A stretch of DNA of 38,517 bases from an uncultured Bacteroidota bacterium (GTDB taxonomy: Bacteria; Bacteroidota; Bacteroidia; Chitinophagales; Chitinophagaceae), in assembly GCA_903944755.1 (NCBI GenBank), contig CAJATB010000007.1, forward strand, positions 1 to 38,517, written 5' to 3'. The notes under the pieces were generated by a model, which saw nothing but the letters and a program-made list of their open reading frames with translations, did no database searches and was not told the DNA's origin. Of the stretch, positions 9,853 through 18,432 are shown one piece after another (position 1 is the first letter of the stretch; each line of letters begins with the position of its first letter). The translations under genes and the position numbers were made by a program.

Positions 9853-10194
9853 TTATCGGTGCAATTTTTCGTTGTTTTGATGCCTAGTCGCGTCCCGACT
9901 GGTTTTCTTCTGTATATTTTTATCTAAAGCGGCCGCCAAATCCACACCCGTTTGATTGGCTAAACAAATGAGTACAAATAGGACATCCGCCATTTCGTCG
10001 GCGAGTAATAATTCCTCCTCCTTGTTTTTAAAGGACTGATCCCCAAACTTACGTACCATAATCCTGGATAATTCCCCCACCTCCTCCATTAAAATACCCA
10101 AATTAGTGAGCTCACTAAAGTACTTAACCCCCACTGTTTTTATCCAATGGTCAACTTGTTCCTGGGCTTGCTGAATGGTTTTTGAATTTGACAT
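9853..10194 (-). CDS. MazG-like nucleotide pyrophosphohydrolase (YpjD family)
   Basis: Motifs LMEEVGEL and LADEMADVLFVLICLAN. Confidence 0.92.
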   Translation of the reverse strand: MSNSKTIQQAQEQVDHWIKTVGVKYFSELTNLGILMEEVGELSRIMVRKFGDQSFKNKEEELLLADEMADVLFVLICLANQTGVDLAAALDKNIQKKTSRDATRHQNNEKLHR

Positions 10195-10234
10195 AGTATA
10201 ATTGGCTAAAGTGTTGGAGTGATTGTTAAATGAA

Positions 10235-10687
10235 TTATTCTTTGTTTTTAGAATCTACTATTATGGTAACCGGGCCATCATTCACTAGTGCTACTTGCAT
10301 GTCAGCCCCAAATTTGCCGGTTTGAACCGGTTTCCCCAAGTCTTTATTCAATTGCTCAATAAATGATTCATACAAAGGTATTGCCACTTCAGGTTTAGCC
10401 GCAACAATGTAGGATGGCCTATTCCCTTTTTTGGTAGAAGCGTGTAATGTAAACTGACTCACCAATAAGATATCCCCTCCTGTTTCTTTGATACTTAAAT
10501 TCATTACACCTTCGGGATCGTCAAAAATACGCATACTGGTAATTTTGTTAGCTAACCACTCAATATCATCCTTGCCGTCGGCGTTTTCAATACCTATTAA
10601 AACCATTAAGCCTCCTTTAATAGACCCAATAATTTCATCACTTACCGTGACACTAGCCGCCTTTACCCGTTGTATTACCACTCTCAT
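10235..10687 (-). CDS. dtd: D-aminoacyl-tRNA deacylase
   Basis: Motifs MRVVIQRV, VSQFTL, GNRPSY, FGADM and NDGPVT. Confidence 0.97.
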   Translation of the reverse strand: MRVVIQRVKAASVTVSDEIIGSIKGGLMVLIGIENADGKDDIEWLANKITSMRIFDDPEGVMNLSIKETGGDILLVSQFTLHASTKKGNRPSYIVAAKPEVAIPLYESFIEQLNKDLGKPVQTGKFGADMQVALVNDGPVTIIVDSKNKE

Positions 10688-10755
10688 AAATGCCTGTTTT
10701 ACTCCATGAAGATAAACAAAACTATTTTCACTAATTTAGCTGTAATTTCAATCCC

Positions 10756-12252
10756 TTGAGTAGTATAAAAAAATTAGCCGGTCAAACTGCATGGTATGGT
10801 CTTAGCTCAATAGCCGCTAGGTTTATTAGCTATTTATTGACGCCGTACTTGACATATAAGCTTACCGAAGTAGCTTATGGGGAGCAATCTATCGTTTATG
10901 CATTTATTCCTTTTTTAAATGTCATTGTCACACATGGAATGGAAACGGCTTATTTCCGATTTGGCACTAAAGAAAACGAGGAAAAAATTTACCACACCAG
11001 TAGCTTCTCCATGATTTTTGTCACGGCACTGGTTATTATTGGATTACTTTATTGGAGCGCCCCTTTGTCGCAATTACTACAAATTACCATACACCCTGAA
11101 TACATCAATTTAGTGGCTTGGATTGTAGCGCTTGATGCACTTGCAACTATTCCTTTTTCAAGACTGCGCATGCAAGAAAAACCAAAAAAATTCGCACTTA
11201 TTAAAGTGGGTGGTATTTTGATAAATGTAATTTCAACTTATGTTTTAATAAGCACCCTGCCACAATACGCTTCAACAAATCCTGATACTTTTATTAGTAG
11301 CTTATACAAACCAGGATGGGAAGTGGGCTATATATTAGTGGCTGGTGTAATACAAAATGTTTTTGTATTACTACTATTGCAAAAAGAAATAAGGGCTTTA
11401 CGCTTTTCATTTGATTTTAAATTATGGAGAGAAATGATGGTGTACGCTTTGCCCTTGATACTCGTAGGATTTGGCGGCATGATAAACGAAACCCTAGACC
11501 GTATTATGTTGGGCTGGTGGGCGCCAGGAGGCAGTCCTGAAGCGAATAAAGCATTGGTAGGCATTTACAGCGCTTGTTATAAATTAGCCATTTTAATTAC
11601 CATTTCCATACAAGCTTTTCGCATGGGTGCCGAACCTTTTTTCTTTAAACAGGCCCAAAGCGATAATGCACAAAAAACCTACGCTAGGGTGATGAAATTT
11701 TTTGTCATCACATTGTGTATCATGTTCTTGGGGGTCGTTTTGTATATTGATATTTGGAAACAATTTATTCAAAACCCTGCTATGCATGTAGGTTTGAAAG
11801 TAGTACCAATACTACTTATTGCCAATATGTTCTTAGGCGTTTACTATAATTTAAGTATTTGGTATAAGTTAAGTAACAAAACAATGGCCGGTGCTTGGAT
11901 TACGCTATTAGGGGCCACCATAACTATATTAATTAATTACATCGCTATTCCACATTTTGGATATATGGCAAGCGCTTGGGCCACTTTCTTTTGCTATGGC
12001 ACGATGATGTTTGTGAGCTACAAGTGGGGGCAAAGAATTTATCCTGTACCTTATGCAACTAAGAAATTAATTGCCTATTTCATGATTACACTCGTGTTAT
12101 ATGGGATTAATTTACTGATTCATGCTGTTTCAAAAAATGCACCGTTTAACTATTTATTTGCAACCATTTTACTTTTTACCTTTATTATTTTTGTAGCAAA
12201 AATAGAAAGGAAAGAACTTCAAAATATTTTAAGAAAACCAGTACAAAATTAG
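10756..12252 (+). CDS. MOP-superfamily oligosaccharide flippase (Wzx/RfbX-like)
   Basis: 498 aa with many TM helices and a TTG start. 'KKLAGQTAWYGLSSI', 'GMETAYFRF' and 'GIYSACYKLAI' are typical of Bacteroidota standalone flippases. Confidence 0.85.
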   Translation: MSSIKKLAGQTAWYGLSSIAARFISYLLTPYLTYKLTEVAYGEQSIVYAFIPFLNVIVTHGMETAYFRFGTKENEEKIYHTSSFSMIFVTALVIIGLLYWSAPLSQLLQITIHPEYINLVAWIVALDALATIPFSRLRMQEKPKKFALIKVGGILINVISTYVLISTLPQYASTNPDTFISSLYKPGWEVGYILVAGVIQNVFVLLLLQKEIRALRFSFDFKLWREMMVYALPLILVGFGGMINETLDRIMLGWWAPGGSPEANKALVGIYSACYKLAILITISIQAFRMGAEPFFFKQAQSDNAQKTYARVMKFFVITLCIMFLGVVLYIDIWKQFIQNPAMHVGLKVVPILLIANMFLGVYYNLSIWYKLSNKTMAGAWITLLGATITILINYIAIPHFGYMASAWATFFCYGTMMFVSYKWGQRIYPVPYATKKLIAYFMITLVLYGINLLIHAVSKNAPFNYLFATILLFTFIIFVAKIERKELQNILRKPVQN

Positions 12253-12262
12253 CATACTAAAA

Positions 12263-12733
12263 ATGGCAGAAGATTTAAGCATATTAAAGGGAACTAAAAC
12301 AGCACAATACGAATCCTTAGTCCCTCAAATTAAAGGTTTACTTGAAGGAGAAACAAATTTAGTAGCCAACCTGGCAAATATTGCTGCTGCATTAAAGGAG
12401 CAATTCAATTGGTGGTGGGTTGGCTTTTATTGGATTCAGGAGGATGAATTAGTACTGGGTCCATTCCAAGGGCCAGTGGCCTGCACTAGGATAAAAAAGG
12501 GTCGTGGGGTTTGTGGGAAAAGTTGGGAAATAGAAAAAACATTGATCGTGGAAGATGTAGCGCAATTTCCTGGTCATATTGCCTGTAGCAGTTTCTCAAA
12601 ATCTGAGATAGTAGTCCCTGTTTTCAAAAATGGTCAAATTGTAGGTGTACTAGATGTAGATAGCGAACATTTGGCACATTTTGATGAGACAGACCGCGCC
12701 TTTCTTGAAAAAATTGTGGGTTTGATACCATAG
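12263..12733 (+). CDS. msrC: GAF-domain protein, free methionine-(R)-sulfoxide reductase type
   Basis: Motifs WVGFY, LGPFQGPVAC, GRGVCG, FPGHIAC, SEIVVP and LDVDS. Confidence 0.88.
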   Translation: MAEDLSILKGTKTAQYESLVPQIKGLLEGETNLVANLANIAAALKEQFNWWWVGFYWIQEDELVLGPFQGPVACTRIKKGRGVCGKSWEIEKTLIVEDVAQFPGHIACSSFSKSEIVVPVFKNGQIVGVLDVDSEHLAHFDETDRAFLEKIVGLIP

Positions 12734-12770
12734 GAAGCTTCAAAAAATAGATAAAATTGAAAAAATCAAT

Positions 12771-12778
12771 TAAGTTTG
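12771..12778 (+). promoter_or_regulatory. -7 box for tRNA-Leu
   Basis: TAAGTTTG, 10 nt before the mature tRNA. Confidence 0.75.
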
Positions 12779-12788
12779 CAGCCCCTAA

Positions 12789-12870
12789 GCGGATGTGGCG
12801 AAATTGGCAGACGCACTAGACTTAGGATCTAGCGCCGCGAGGCGTGTGGGTTCGACCCCCTCCATCCGCA
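12789..12870 (+). tRNA. tRNA-Leu, anticodon TAG; CCA not encoded
   Basis: Acceptor stem GCGGATG/CATCCGC with discriminator A. Anticodon arm CTAGA-CTTAGGA-TCTAG. Long variable arm CGCC-GCGA-GGCG. T-loop TTCGA. Confidence 0.96.
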
Positions 12871-12872
12871 CT

Positions 12873-12904
12873 AAAGCCTTCCAATTCATTTTGGAAGGCT
12901 TTTT
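12873..12904 (+). terminator. Intrinsic terminator after tRNA-Leu
   Basis: AAAGCCTTCCAA-TTCATT-TTGGAAGGCTTT followed by T residues. Confidence 0.88.
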
Positions 12905-13011
12905 AGTTTAATTTATGCCAGTTTTATTAAGCCATTCGCAAATAGTTAACCCCAAAATCGTAACTTCGCACCCCTTAAACACTATAATTAAGTAGAAAAA
13001 TATAAAGTATT

Positions 13012-14373
13012 ATGGCAACTGTAAAAAGAGAAAACATTGGACTATTAAACGACAAGTTAACAGTCAACATCACTAAAGAAGATTACTTAAAGAATTACGA
13101 GGCTGGTTTAAAGAAGCATGCAAAAAATGCTACCATTCCTGGATTTAGAAAAGGAATGGTGCCGACTGGATTAATTAAAAAAATGTATGGCCATTCAGTT
13201 TTCACAGATGAGATATTAAAAACTGTAGAAAAGGAAATGAATCAATACATCGCTAAAGAGAAAATTGAAATATTCGCACAGCCATTGCCATTAGATTCGC
13301 AATTAGCCAATATGGATTTTAACAATCCTGCCAACTACGATTTTTCATTTGAAGTTGGATTAAAGCCAACATTCGAATTAAAAGTAAAGGATACAAAAGT
13401 GATACGTTATAAGGTTGAAGTAACTCCTGAAATGATTCAAGCAGAATTAGAAAGGCTTCAAACCAGAAACGGTAACATGACCGAACCCGAAGTTGCAGAT
13501 AGCGAGGAAAATGTGTTGAACGTGACTTTTATTGAGTCCGACGCAGCAGGAAATGAAATTGAAGGTGGTATTAAAAAAGACAACTCTTTATTGATTAAAT
13601 ATTTTACTGATAAAGTAAGAAAACAATTCTTAGGCAAGAAAAAAGACGAGAGCGCTGTAATTCAATTGAGCAAAGCTTTTGATGATAAAGAACTAGATGT
13701 TATCATAGCGGATTTAGGTTTAACGAAGGAGGATGGTGAAAAATATTTCAAACTAATTATTACCAAAGTGGGATTAGTTGAAAAAGCTCCATTGGAAGCA
13801 CCTTTATTCTTAGCCACCTACCCTAACCAAGCAATCACAACAGAAGCTGAATTTAGAGAAGCTATTAAAAAAGACATTGAAGGCTATTTCGATCAACAAG
13901 CAAAGAACCAAATTCACGACCAAATATACCACGCATTAATTGACAACACGAAAATGGAATTCCCTGTTGAATTCTTAAAACGTTGGTTAAGGAATGGTGG
14001 TGAAAAAAGAAGAACGGATGAAGAAGCAGAAAAAGAATATCCTGTTTTCCAAGACCAATTAAAATGGACTTTAATTAGTACACAATTAATGACAGATCAT
14101 AAAATTGAAGTAGTTGCTGAAGATTTGAAGAACTTCGCAAAACAACAATTAATGAGCTATATGGGTGGCCAATTGGGTGCATTAGGTGACAATGACCAAT
14201 GGTTAGAAGATTATGCAGCTAGAATGATGCAAGACAGAAAATTTGTAGAAGATAGTTACCAACGTATTAGCACTGATAAATTATTTAATGCGATTGAGGC
14301 GGAAGTAACTGCAAAAGAAGAAAAAATCTCTTCTGAGAAATTTGCGGAAAAGCTGAACAACCACCAACATTAA
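13012..14373 (+). CDS. tig: Trigger factor
   Basis: Ribosome-binding motif IPGFRKGMVP, 453 aa, and the canonical position before clpP-clpX. Confidence 0.95.
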   Translation: MATVKRENIGLLNDKLTVNITKEDYLKNYEAGLKKHAKNATIPGFRKGMVPTGLIKKMYGHSVFTDEILKTVEKEMNQYIAKEKIEIFAQPLPLDSQLANMDFNNPANYDFSFEVGLKPTFELKVKDTKVIRYKVEVTPEMIQAELERLQTRNGNMTEPEVADSEENVLNVTFIESDAAGNEIEGGIKKDNSLLIKYFTDKVRKQFLGKKKDESAVIQLSKAFDDKELDVIIADLGLTKEDGEKYFKLIITKVGLVEKAPLEAPLFLATYPNQAITTEAEFREAIKKDIEGYFDQQAKNQIHDQIYHALIDNTKMEFPVEFLKRWLRNGGEKRRTDEEAEKEYPVFQDQLKWTLISTQLMTDHKIEVVAEDLKNFAKQQLMSYMGGQLGALGDNDQWLEDYAARMMQDRKFVEDSYQRISTDKLFNAIEAEVTAKEEKISSEKFAEKLNNHQH

Positions 14374-14393
14374 TTTAAACTACTTAACTTTTC

Positions 14394-14418
14394 AAAAGCC
14401 TCCGTTTGGGGGCTTTTT
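14394..14418 (+). terminator. Intrinsic terminator after tig
   Basis: AAAAGCCTCC-GTTT-GGGGGCTTTTT, with one G-U pair. Confidence 0.8.
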
Positions 14419-14430
14419 GGTTTATTTAGC

Positions 14431-14446
14431 CTGCCATTACTGTCAG
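14431..14446. promoter_or_regulatory. Pseudo-palindromic candidate activator/operator site upstream of clpP
   Basis: CTGCCA-TTAC-TGTCAG; the half-sites CTGCCA and CTGACA differ at one position. Confidence 0.5.
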
Positions 14447-14509
14447 TTTTAGAAAACAATTGTTATTCAGGTAGTTAAGTTTCTATTGTAAGCCCTATAT
14501 CGGCAAAAT

Positions 14510-14525
14510 TGGCACCGTTTTTGTA
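14510..14525 (+). promoter_or_regulatory. Sigma54-type -24/-12 promoter candidate for clpP-clpP-clpX
   Basis: TGGCAC-CGTTT-TTGTA against consensus TGGCAC-N5-TTGC: correct spacing, one mismatch. Confidence 0.6.
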
Positions 14526-14573
14526 GTTCCTTTGGGTACAAGGTTTTACCTTTACATACTGAAAAAATAAACT

Positions 14574-15260
14574 ATGAACATAGGAAAAGAATTTGAGCAA
14601 TATGCTATCAAACACAGAGGCATTAGCAGTAACAGCTTATACCAATATCAAAATAGCGTTACCAACCTTACCCCTTATATTATTGAGGAAAGGCCAATGA
14701 ACGTGGCAAGCATGGATGTGTTTAGCCGTCTAATGATGGACCGAATTATATTCCTTGGCGAAGGCATTAATGATTATGTTGCCAATATTGTAACCGCGCA
14801 ATTATTGTTCCTAGAAAGTACAGATCGTACTAAGGATATTCAAATGTATATCAATAGCCCAGGTGGAAGCGTTTATGCAGGATTAGGTATTTATGACACA
14901 ATGCAGTTTATCAGTCCCGATGTGGCAACTATTTGTACTGGAATGGCCGCAAGCATGGGAGCTATACTATTATGTGCGGGAGTAGAAGGAAAACGAACAG
15001 CGTTGAAGCATAGCAGAATTATGTTACACCAACCAAGTGGTGCTATTGGAGGACAAGCATCGGATATTGAAATCACCGCCAAGGAAATTAAGAAATTGAG
15101 AATAGAATTGTATGAAGTAATAGCGCATCATACACATAAGGATTTAGAAGTAGTTACCAAGGATTGCGATAGAGATTTTTGGATGACCGCTGCAGAAGGT
15201 AAAGAATACGGATTGGTTGACGAAGTGTTATTAACCAACCCCCGTAAGTTGAAGAAGTAA
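14574..15260 (+). CDS. clpP: ATP-dependent Clp protease proteolytic subunit (copy 1)
   Basis: Motifs MDVFSRLMMDRIIFL, YINSPGG, GMAASMG (Ser), MLHQP (His) and DRDFWM (Asp). Confidence 0.97.
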   Translation: MNIGKEFEQYAIKHRGISSNSLYQYQNSVTNLTPYIIEERPMNVASMDVFSRLMMDRIIFLGEGINDYVANIVTAQLLFLESTDRTKDIQMYINSPGGSVYAGLGIYDTMQFISPDVATICTGMAASMGAILLCAGVEGKRTALKHSRIMLHQPSGAIGGQASDIEITAKEIKKLRIELYEVIAHHTHKDLEVVTKDCDRDFWMTAAEGKEYGLVDEVLLTNPRKLKK

Positions 15261-15292
15261 AACCTAATTAATAATTAATTCAATTTGATTGT

Positions 15293-15913
15293 ATGATACT
15301 AAGTAACAAATTTATAATGCACGAGGAAGAGGAACCAAAGGAAGAAAAGAAAGAAGAAGCAGCTCCCTTTTTAAATAAAAAAATGGAACAGATTTTCTTT
15401 GAAAAAAGAGCCATTTATTTATGGGGTGTTGTTGACGATAAATCAGCTAAGGACATTGTGACAAAATTATTATTACTTGACTCCGATAAGCCAGGCGCTG
15501 ATATTAATTTTTATATTAACAGCCCAGGTGGTGTGGTTACAAGTGGCATGGTTATGTTTGATACCATGAATTTAATACAAAGCCCGGTACATACTACCTG
15601 CATGGGATTGGCTGCGAGTATGGGATCTATCTTACTTAGCATGGGCGAAAAAGGGAGCCGATCTATTTTTCCACACGGCGAAGTAATGATACACCAACCA
15701 AGTTTGGGTGGTTATTTTCAAGCCACAAGTGCGGACATTGAAATTCAAGCAGAACAAATTAGGAAAACAAAAGAATTAGGGGCAAAAATATTAGCAAAAA
15801 ACTGTGGCAAAACACTTGAACAAGTATTACGTGATTTTGACAGAGACTATTGGATGAATGCAGAAGAAGCAGTTGCTTATGGCATTGTTGATAAAATTGC
15901 AACGCACCTATAA
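15293..15913 (+). CDS. clpP: ATP-dependent Clp protease proteolytic subunit (copy 2, divergent paralog; alternative start at 15317)
   Basis: Motifs YINSPGG, GLAASMG, MIHQP and DRDYWM; acidic N-terminus. Confidence 0.94.
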   Translation: MILSNKFIMHEEEEPKEEKKEEAAPFLNKKMEQIFFEKRAIYLWGVVDDKSAKDIVTKLLLLDSDKPGADINFYINSPGGVVTSGMVMFDTMNLIQSPVHTTCMGLAASMGSILLSMGEKGSRSIFPHGEVMIHQPSLGGYFQATSADIEIQAEQIRKTKELGAKILAKNCGKTLEQVLRDFDRDYWMNAEEAVAYGIVDKIATHL

Positions 15914-15924
15914 ATAACTATACT

Positions 15925-17166
15925 ATGAAAATGAGTAACACAGTCGCTATAAATTGTTCTTTTTGCGGCCGCAATAGGGATGAAGTTAAAATACTAATTG
16001 CAGGCCAGGATGGACATATATGTGAAAACTGTATCGAACATGCTCATGAGATTGTTGAAAAAGAATTTAATCAAAAAAAGAGTGACGGAAAAGGACATGC
16101 TTTAAAAGTGCAAAAACCTACCGCTATTAAAGCTTTTTTAGACCAATATATTATTGGACAAGATGATGCTAAAAAAATATTAGCAGTTGCTGTATACAAT
16201 CACTTTAAGCGTATTAACCTGCCAAGTACCCATAAGAATGAGGTTGAGATAGAGAAAAGTAATGTTATTATGATTGGCGAGACAGGAACAGGTAAAACAC
16301 TATTAGCTAAAACTATAGCTAAACTTTTGAATGTTCCTTTTGCAATTGTCGATGCAACTGTATTTACTGAAGCTGGTTATGTTGGCGAGGATGTAGAAAG
16401 TATGCTTACCCGTTTACTTCAAAATTGCGATTACGATGTGGAAGCAGCTCAAAGAGGTATTGTATATATTGACGAAATTGATAAAATAGCTAGAAAGAGT
16501 GATAACGCCTCTATTACGCGTGATGTAAGCGGCGAAGGGGTACAACAAGGCTTATTAAAAATGTTGGAAGGAACCGACGTTTTGGTGCCCCCACAAGGAG
16601 GCAGAAAACATCCCGACCAAAAGATGATAAAAGTGGACACCAAAAATATCCTATTTATATGCGGTGGGGCTTTTGACGGAATTGATAAAATTATCGCAAG
16701 ACGTATAAATACAAATGCGATTGGCTTTAGTGTCAATAAAGACGAACAAGAATTGCAAAGAAAAAATTTGTTGCGTTTTGTAAATGCACAAGATATAAAA
16801 AGCTTTGGCCTTATTCCTGAAATGCTAGGCCGTTTGCCAATTATTACGCACCTAGAGCCCCTAGACGCAGCCACACTAAGAAGTATTCTTACCGAACCAA
16901 AGAATGCGCTAATGAAGCAATACACTCAATTGTTCGAAATTGAAAAGATTAAATTAACTATCGATCCTGCTGTGTACGATTTTATTACTGAAAAAGCAAT
17001 GGAATATAAATTAGGGGCAAGAGGCTTAAGAAGTATTTGCGAAAGCTTATTCACACAGGCTATGTTTGAAATGCCTGGAACGGATGCCACTGAATTTAAT
17101 GTCACATTAGCTTATGCTAAACAAATGTTTGATAAAAGCAAATTAAGTACCTTAAAAGTAGCCTAA
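15925..17166 (+). CDS. clpX: ATP-dependent Clp protease ATP-binding subunit
   Basis: C4 zinc finger CSFC...CENC, Walker [32 protein letters not shown] and the IGF loop. Confidence 0.98.
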   Translation: MKMSNTVAINCSFCGRNRDEVKILIAGQDGHICENCIEHAHEIVEKEFNQKKSDGKGHALKVQKPTAIKAFLDQYIIGQDDAKKILAVAVYNHFKRINLPSTHKNEVEIEKSNVIMIGETGTGKTLLAKTIAKLLNVPFAIVDATVFTEAGYVGEDVESMLTRLLQNCDYDVEAAQRGIVYIDEIDKIARKSDNASITRDVSGEGVQQGLLKMLEGTDVLVPPQGGRKHPDQKMIKVDTKNILFICGGAFDGIDKIIARRINTNAIGFSVNKDEQELQRKNLLRFVNAQDIKSFGLIPEMLGRLPIITHLEPLDAATLRSILTEPKNALMKQYTQLFEIEKIKLTIDPAVYDFITEKAMEYKLGARGLRSICESLFTQAMFEMPGTDATEFNVTLAYAKQMFDKSKLSTLKVA

Positions 17167-17206
17167 CAACCAAATAATATTTTACCTTACTAATTAAATA
17201 AATTTT

Positions 17207-17359
17207 ATGCAAGAATTAATAGACCGCTTAGTAAAAGAAACTGGTGTTACCCCTGAACAAGCAAAACAATCCATTGAAGTGATTGCAGCATTTGTGAAAC
17301 AAAAGTTCCCTATGCTGGGTGGTGCAGTAAATCAAATTTTCAAGTCTGCAAGCAAATAA
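17207..17359 (+). CDS. Small 50-aa helical protein, not in the ORF track
   Basis: MQELIDRLVKETGVTPEQAKQSIEVIAAFVKQKFPMLGGAVNQIFKSASK*. It has an AT-rich initiation region and an amphipathic pattern, and it lies between clpX and the terminator. Confidence 0.8.
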   Translation: MQELIDRLVKETGVTPEQAKQSIEVIAAFVKQKFPMLGGAVNQIFKSASK

Positions 17360-17382
17360 TAAATCAAGAAAATTGTAAAATA

Positions 17383-17409
17383 TAAAATCCCGCATAAAGC
17401 GGGATTTTA
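17383..17409. terminator. Intrinsic (probably bidirectional) terminator ending the clp unit
   Basis: TAAAATCCCGC-ATAAA-GCGGGATTTTA. Confidence 0.85.
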
Positions 17410-17530
17410 AGCAAGCAATCGTAACTAGGAAATTAATCCTACAGCAAACTAGTAAAATTTCTAGAAAAAACAAGTATTTCGCTCTAGAAAAAAACATACC
17501 CATGTATCTATGCTAGTATCTTCCTATAAA

Positions 17531-18358
17531 TCAATCATTTATCGTTATTTTTTGTTTTAGACTAGTTGCTTGATTTTCTGTCAAATCACACAAAATCACT
17601 ATTTCTCTCCAACCTATTCTACCCCCATTCCCCTTTCTTGTTTTAATTATTATGCCTATTTCTTTATGCGTAAACATGGATAGAGATTGCCAATTTTTAA
17701 AATTCATTGTATTAGCCACAAGTTTCACTGGCTTTGTTTTACCAACAAACATATGTCCATGTAGTAAGTCATAATCTGCATCGGAGAGTCCGTATACTTT
17801 TTTTATTTGTTGTACTTTTTCAAAATTACCTAGGTAATTTTTATACCGCATAATTCTTTGTACAGTGGGTTTAGATAAATTGGTTTTTTGCATCCATTCG
17901 GTTTCGCTTGCATTATTAATATCTATGACCCAAGTAAAATTATTTCTACCATTTGTCGACTCCTTGTATTTATTATAATATACACTTCTATTATTTAGTC
18001 CATTAATACGCACAAAGGGGATTAGTTTTTCAGCCAACAGCGGACTTAAGCCATACAAGTTTGCCAATTGTTCACTTCTGTAAAATCGCCCACCCTTTCT
18101 TCTATAATTAAGTAAAGTGTGTACTTGTTTTGGAGGGATGCCCAATTGTAACGCTTTACTACTGTCAATGGTGTTGGGATCAAATTCAAAGACAATAAAA
18201 TGGGCAACCGAAGGTGTTATAGTATTCCGGTTGTCCGAAGGCTTGGTTGGCAACAACAAACTAAGCAAGGAGCTAAATAATAAAATACAACCTAGTACCA
18301 ACATCCCCTTTTGTTCCTTTTCTGAAAAAAGGAAGTATACTTTCCACTCGTTACGCAT
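17531..18358 (-). CDS. Membrane-anchored helix-hairpin-helix (ComEA-like) DNA-binding protein
   Basis: N-terminal TM helix. Repeated HhH modules FDPNT...YRRKGGRF...LYGL and IDINNAS...YKNYLGNF...VYGL, plus a degenerate third copy. Confidence 0.82.
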   Translation of the reverse strand: MRNEWKVYFLFSEKEQKGMLVLGCILLFSSLLSLLLPTKPSDNRNTITPSVAHFIVFEFDPNTIDSSKALQLGIPPKQVHTLLNYRRKGGRFYRSEQLANLYGLSPLLAEKLIPFVRINGLNNRSVYYNKYKESTNGRNNFTWVIDINNASETEWMQKTNLSKPTVQRIMRYKNYLGNFEKVQQIKKVYGLSDADYDLLHGHMFVGKTKPVKLVANTMNFKNWQSLSMFTHKEIGIIIKTRKGNGGRIGWREIVILCDLTENQATSLKQKITIND

Positions 18359-18432
18359 AACTTAAATTTCACACTAGTTAGCTAAACTCAAGCGATATAA
18401 ACAACGTATAAATACGTTAAAATGAATTGAAA

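Noticed and set aside
9853-10194. MazG-like protein (and the HD hydrolase at 19650) as anti-phage nucleotide-depletion defence
   Set aside because: Both look like housekeeping-family members in core neighbourhoods (dtd and lpxD), with no defence-island context.
12789-12960. tRNA-Leu as an integration site
   Set aside because: No integrase, no duplicated tRNA 3' end was seen, and core genes flank it.
17228-17503. 91-aa minus-strand ORF
   Set aside because: It is antisense to the 50-aa ORF, runs through a terminator and has an implausible Phe/Cys-rich composition.
17425-17516. Five CTAG tetramers and a short TCTAGAAAAAA direct repeat (17460 and 17483)
   Set aside because: Irregular spacing, and CTAG occurs in other intergenic regions here; no function is supportable.
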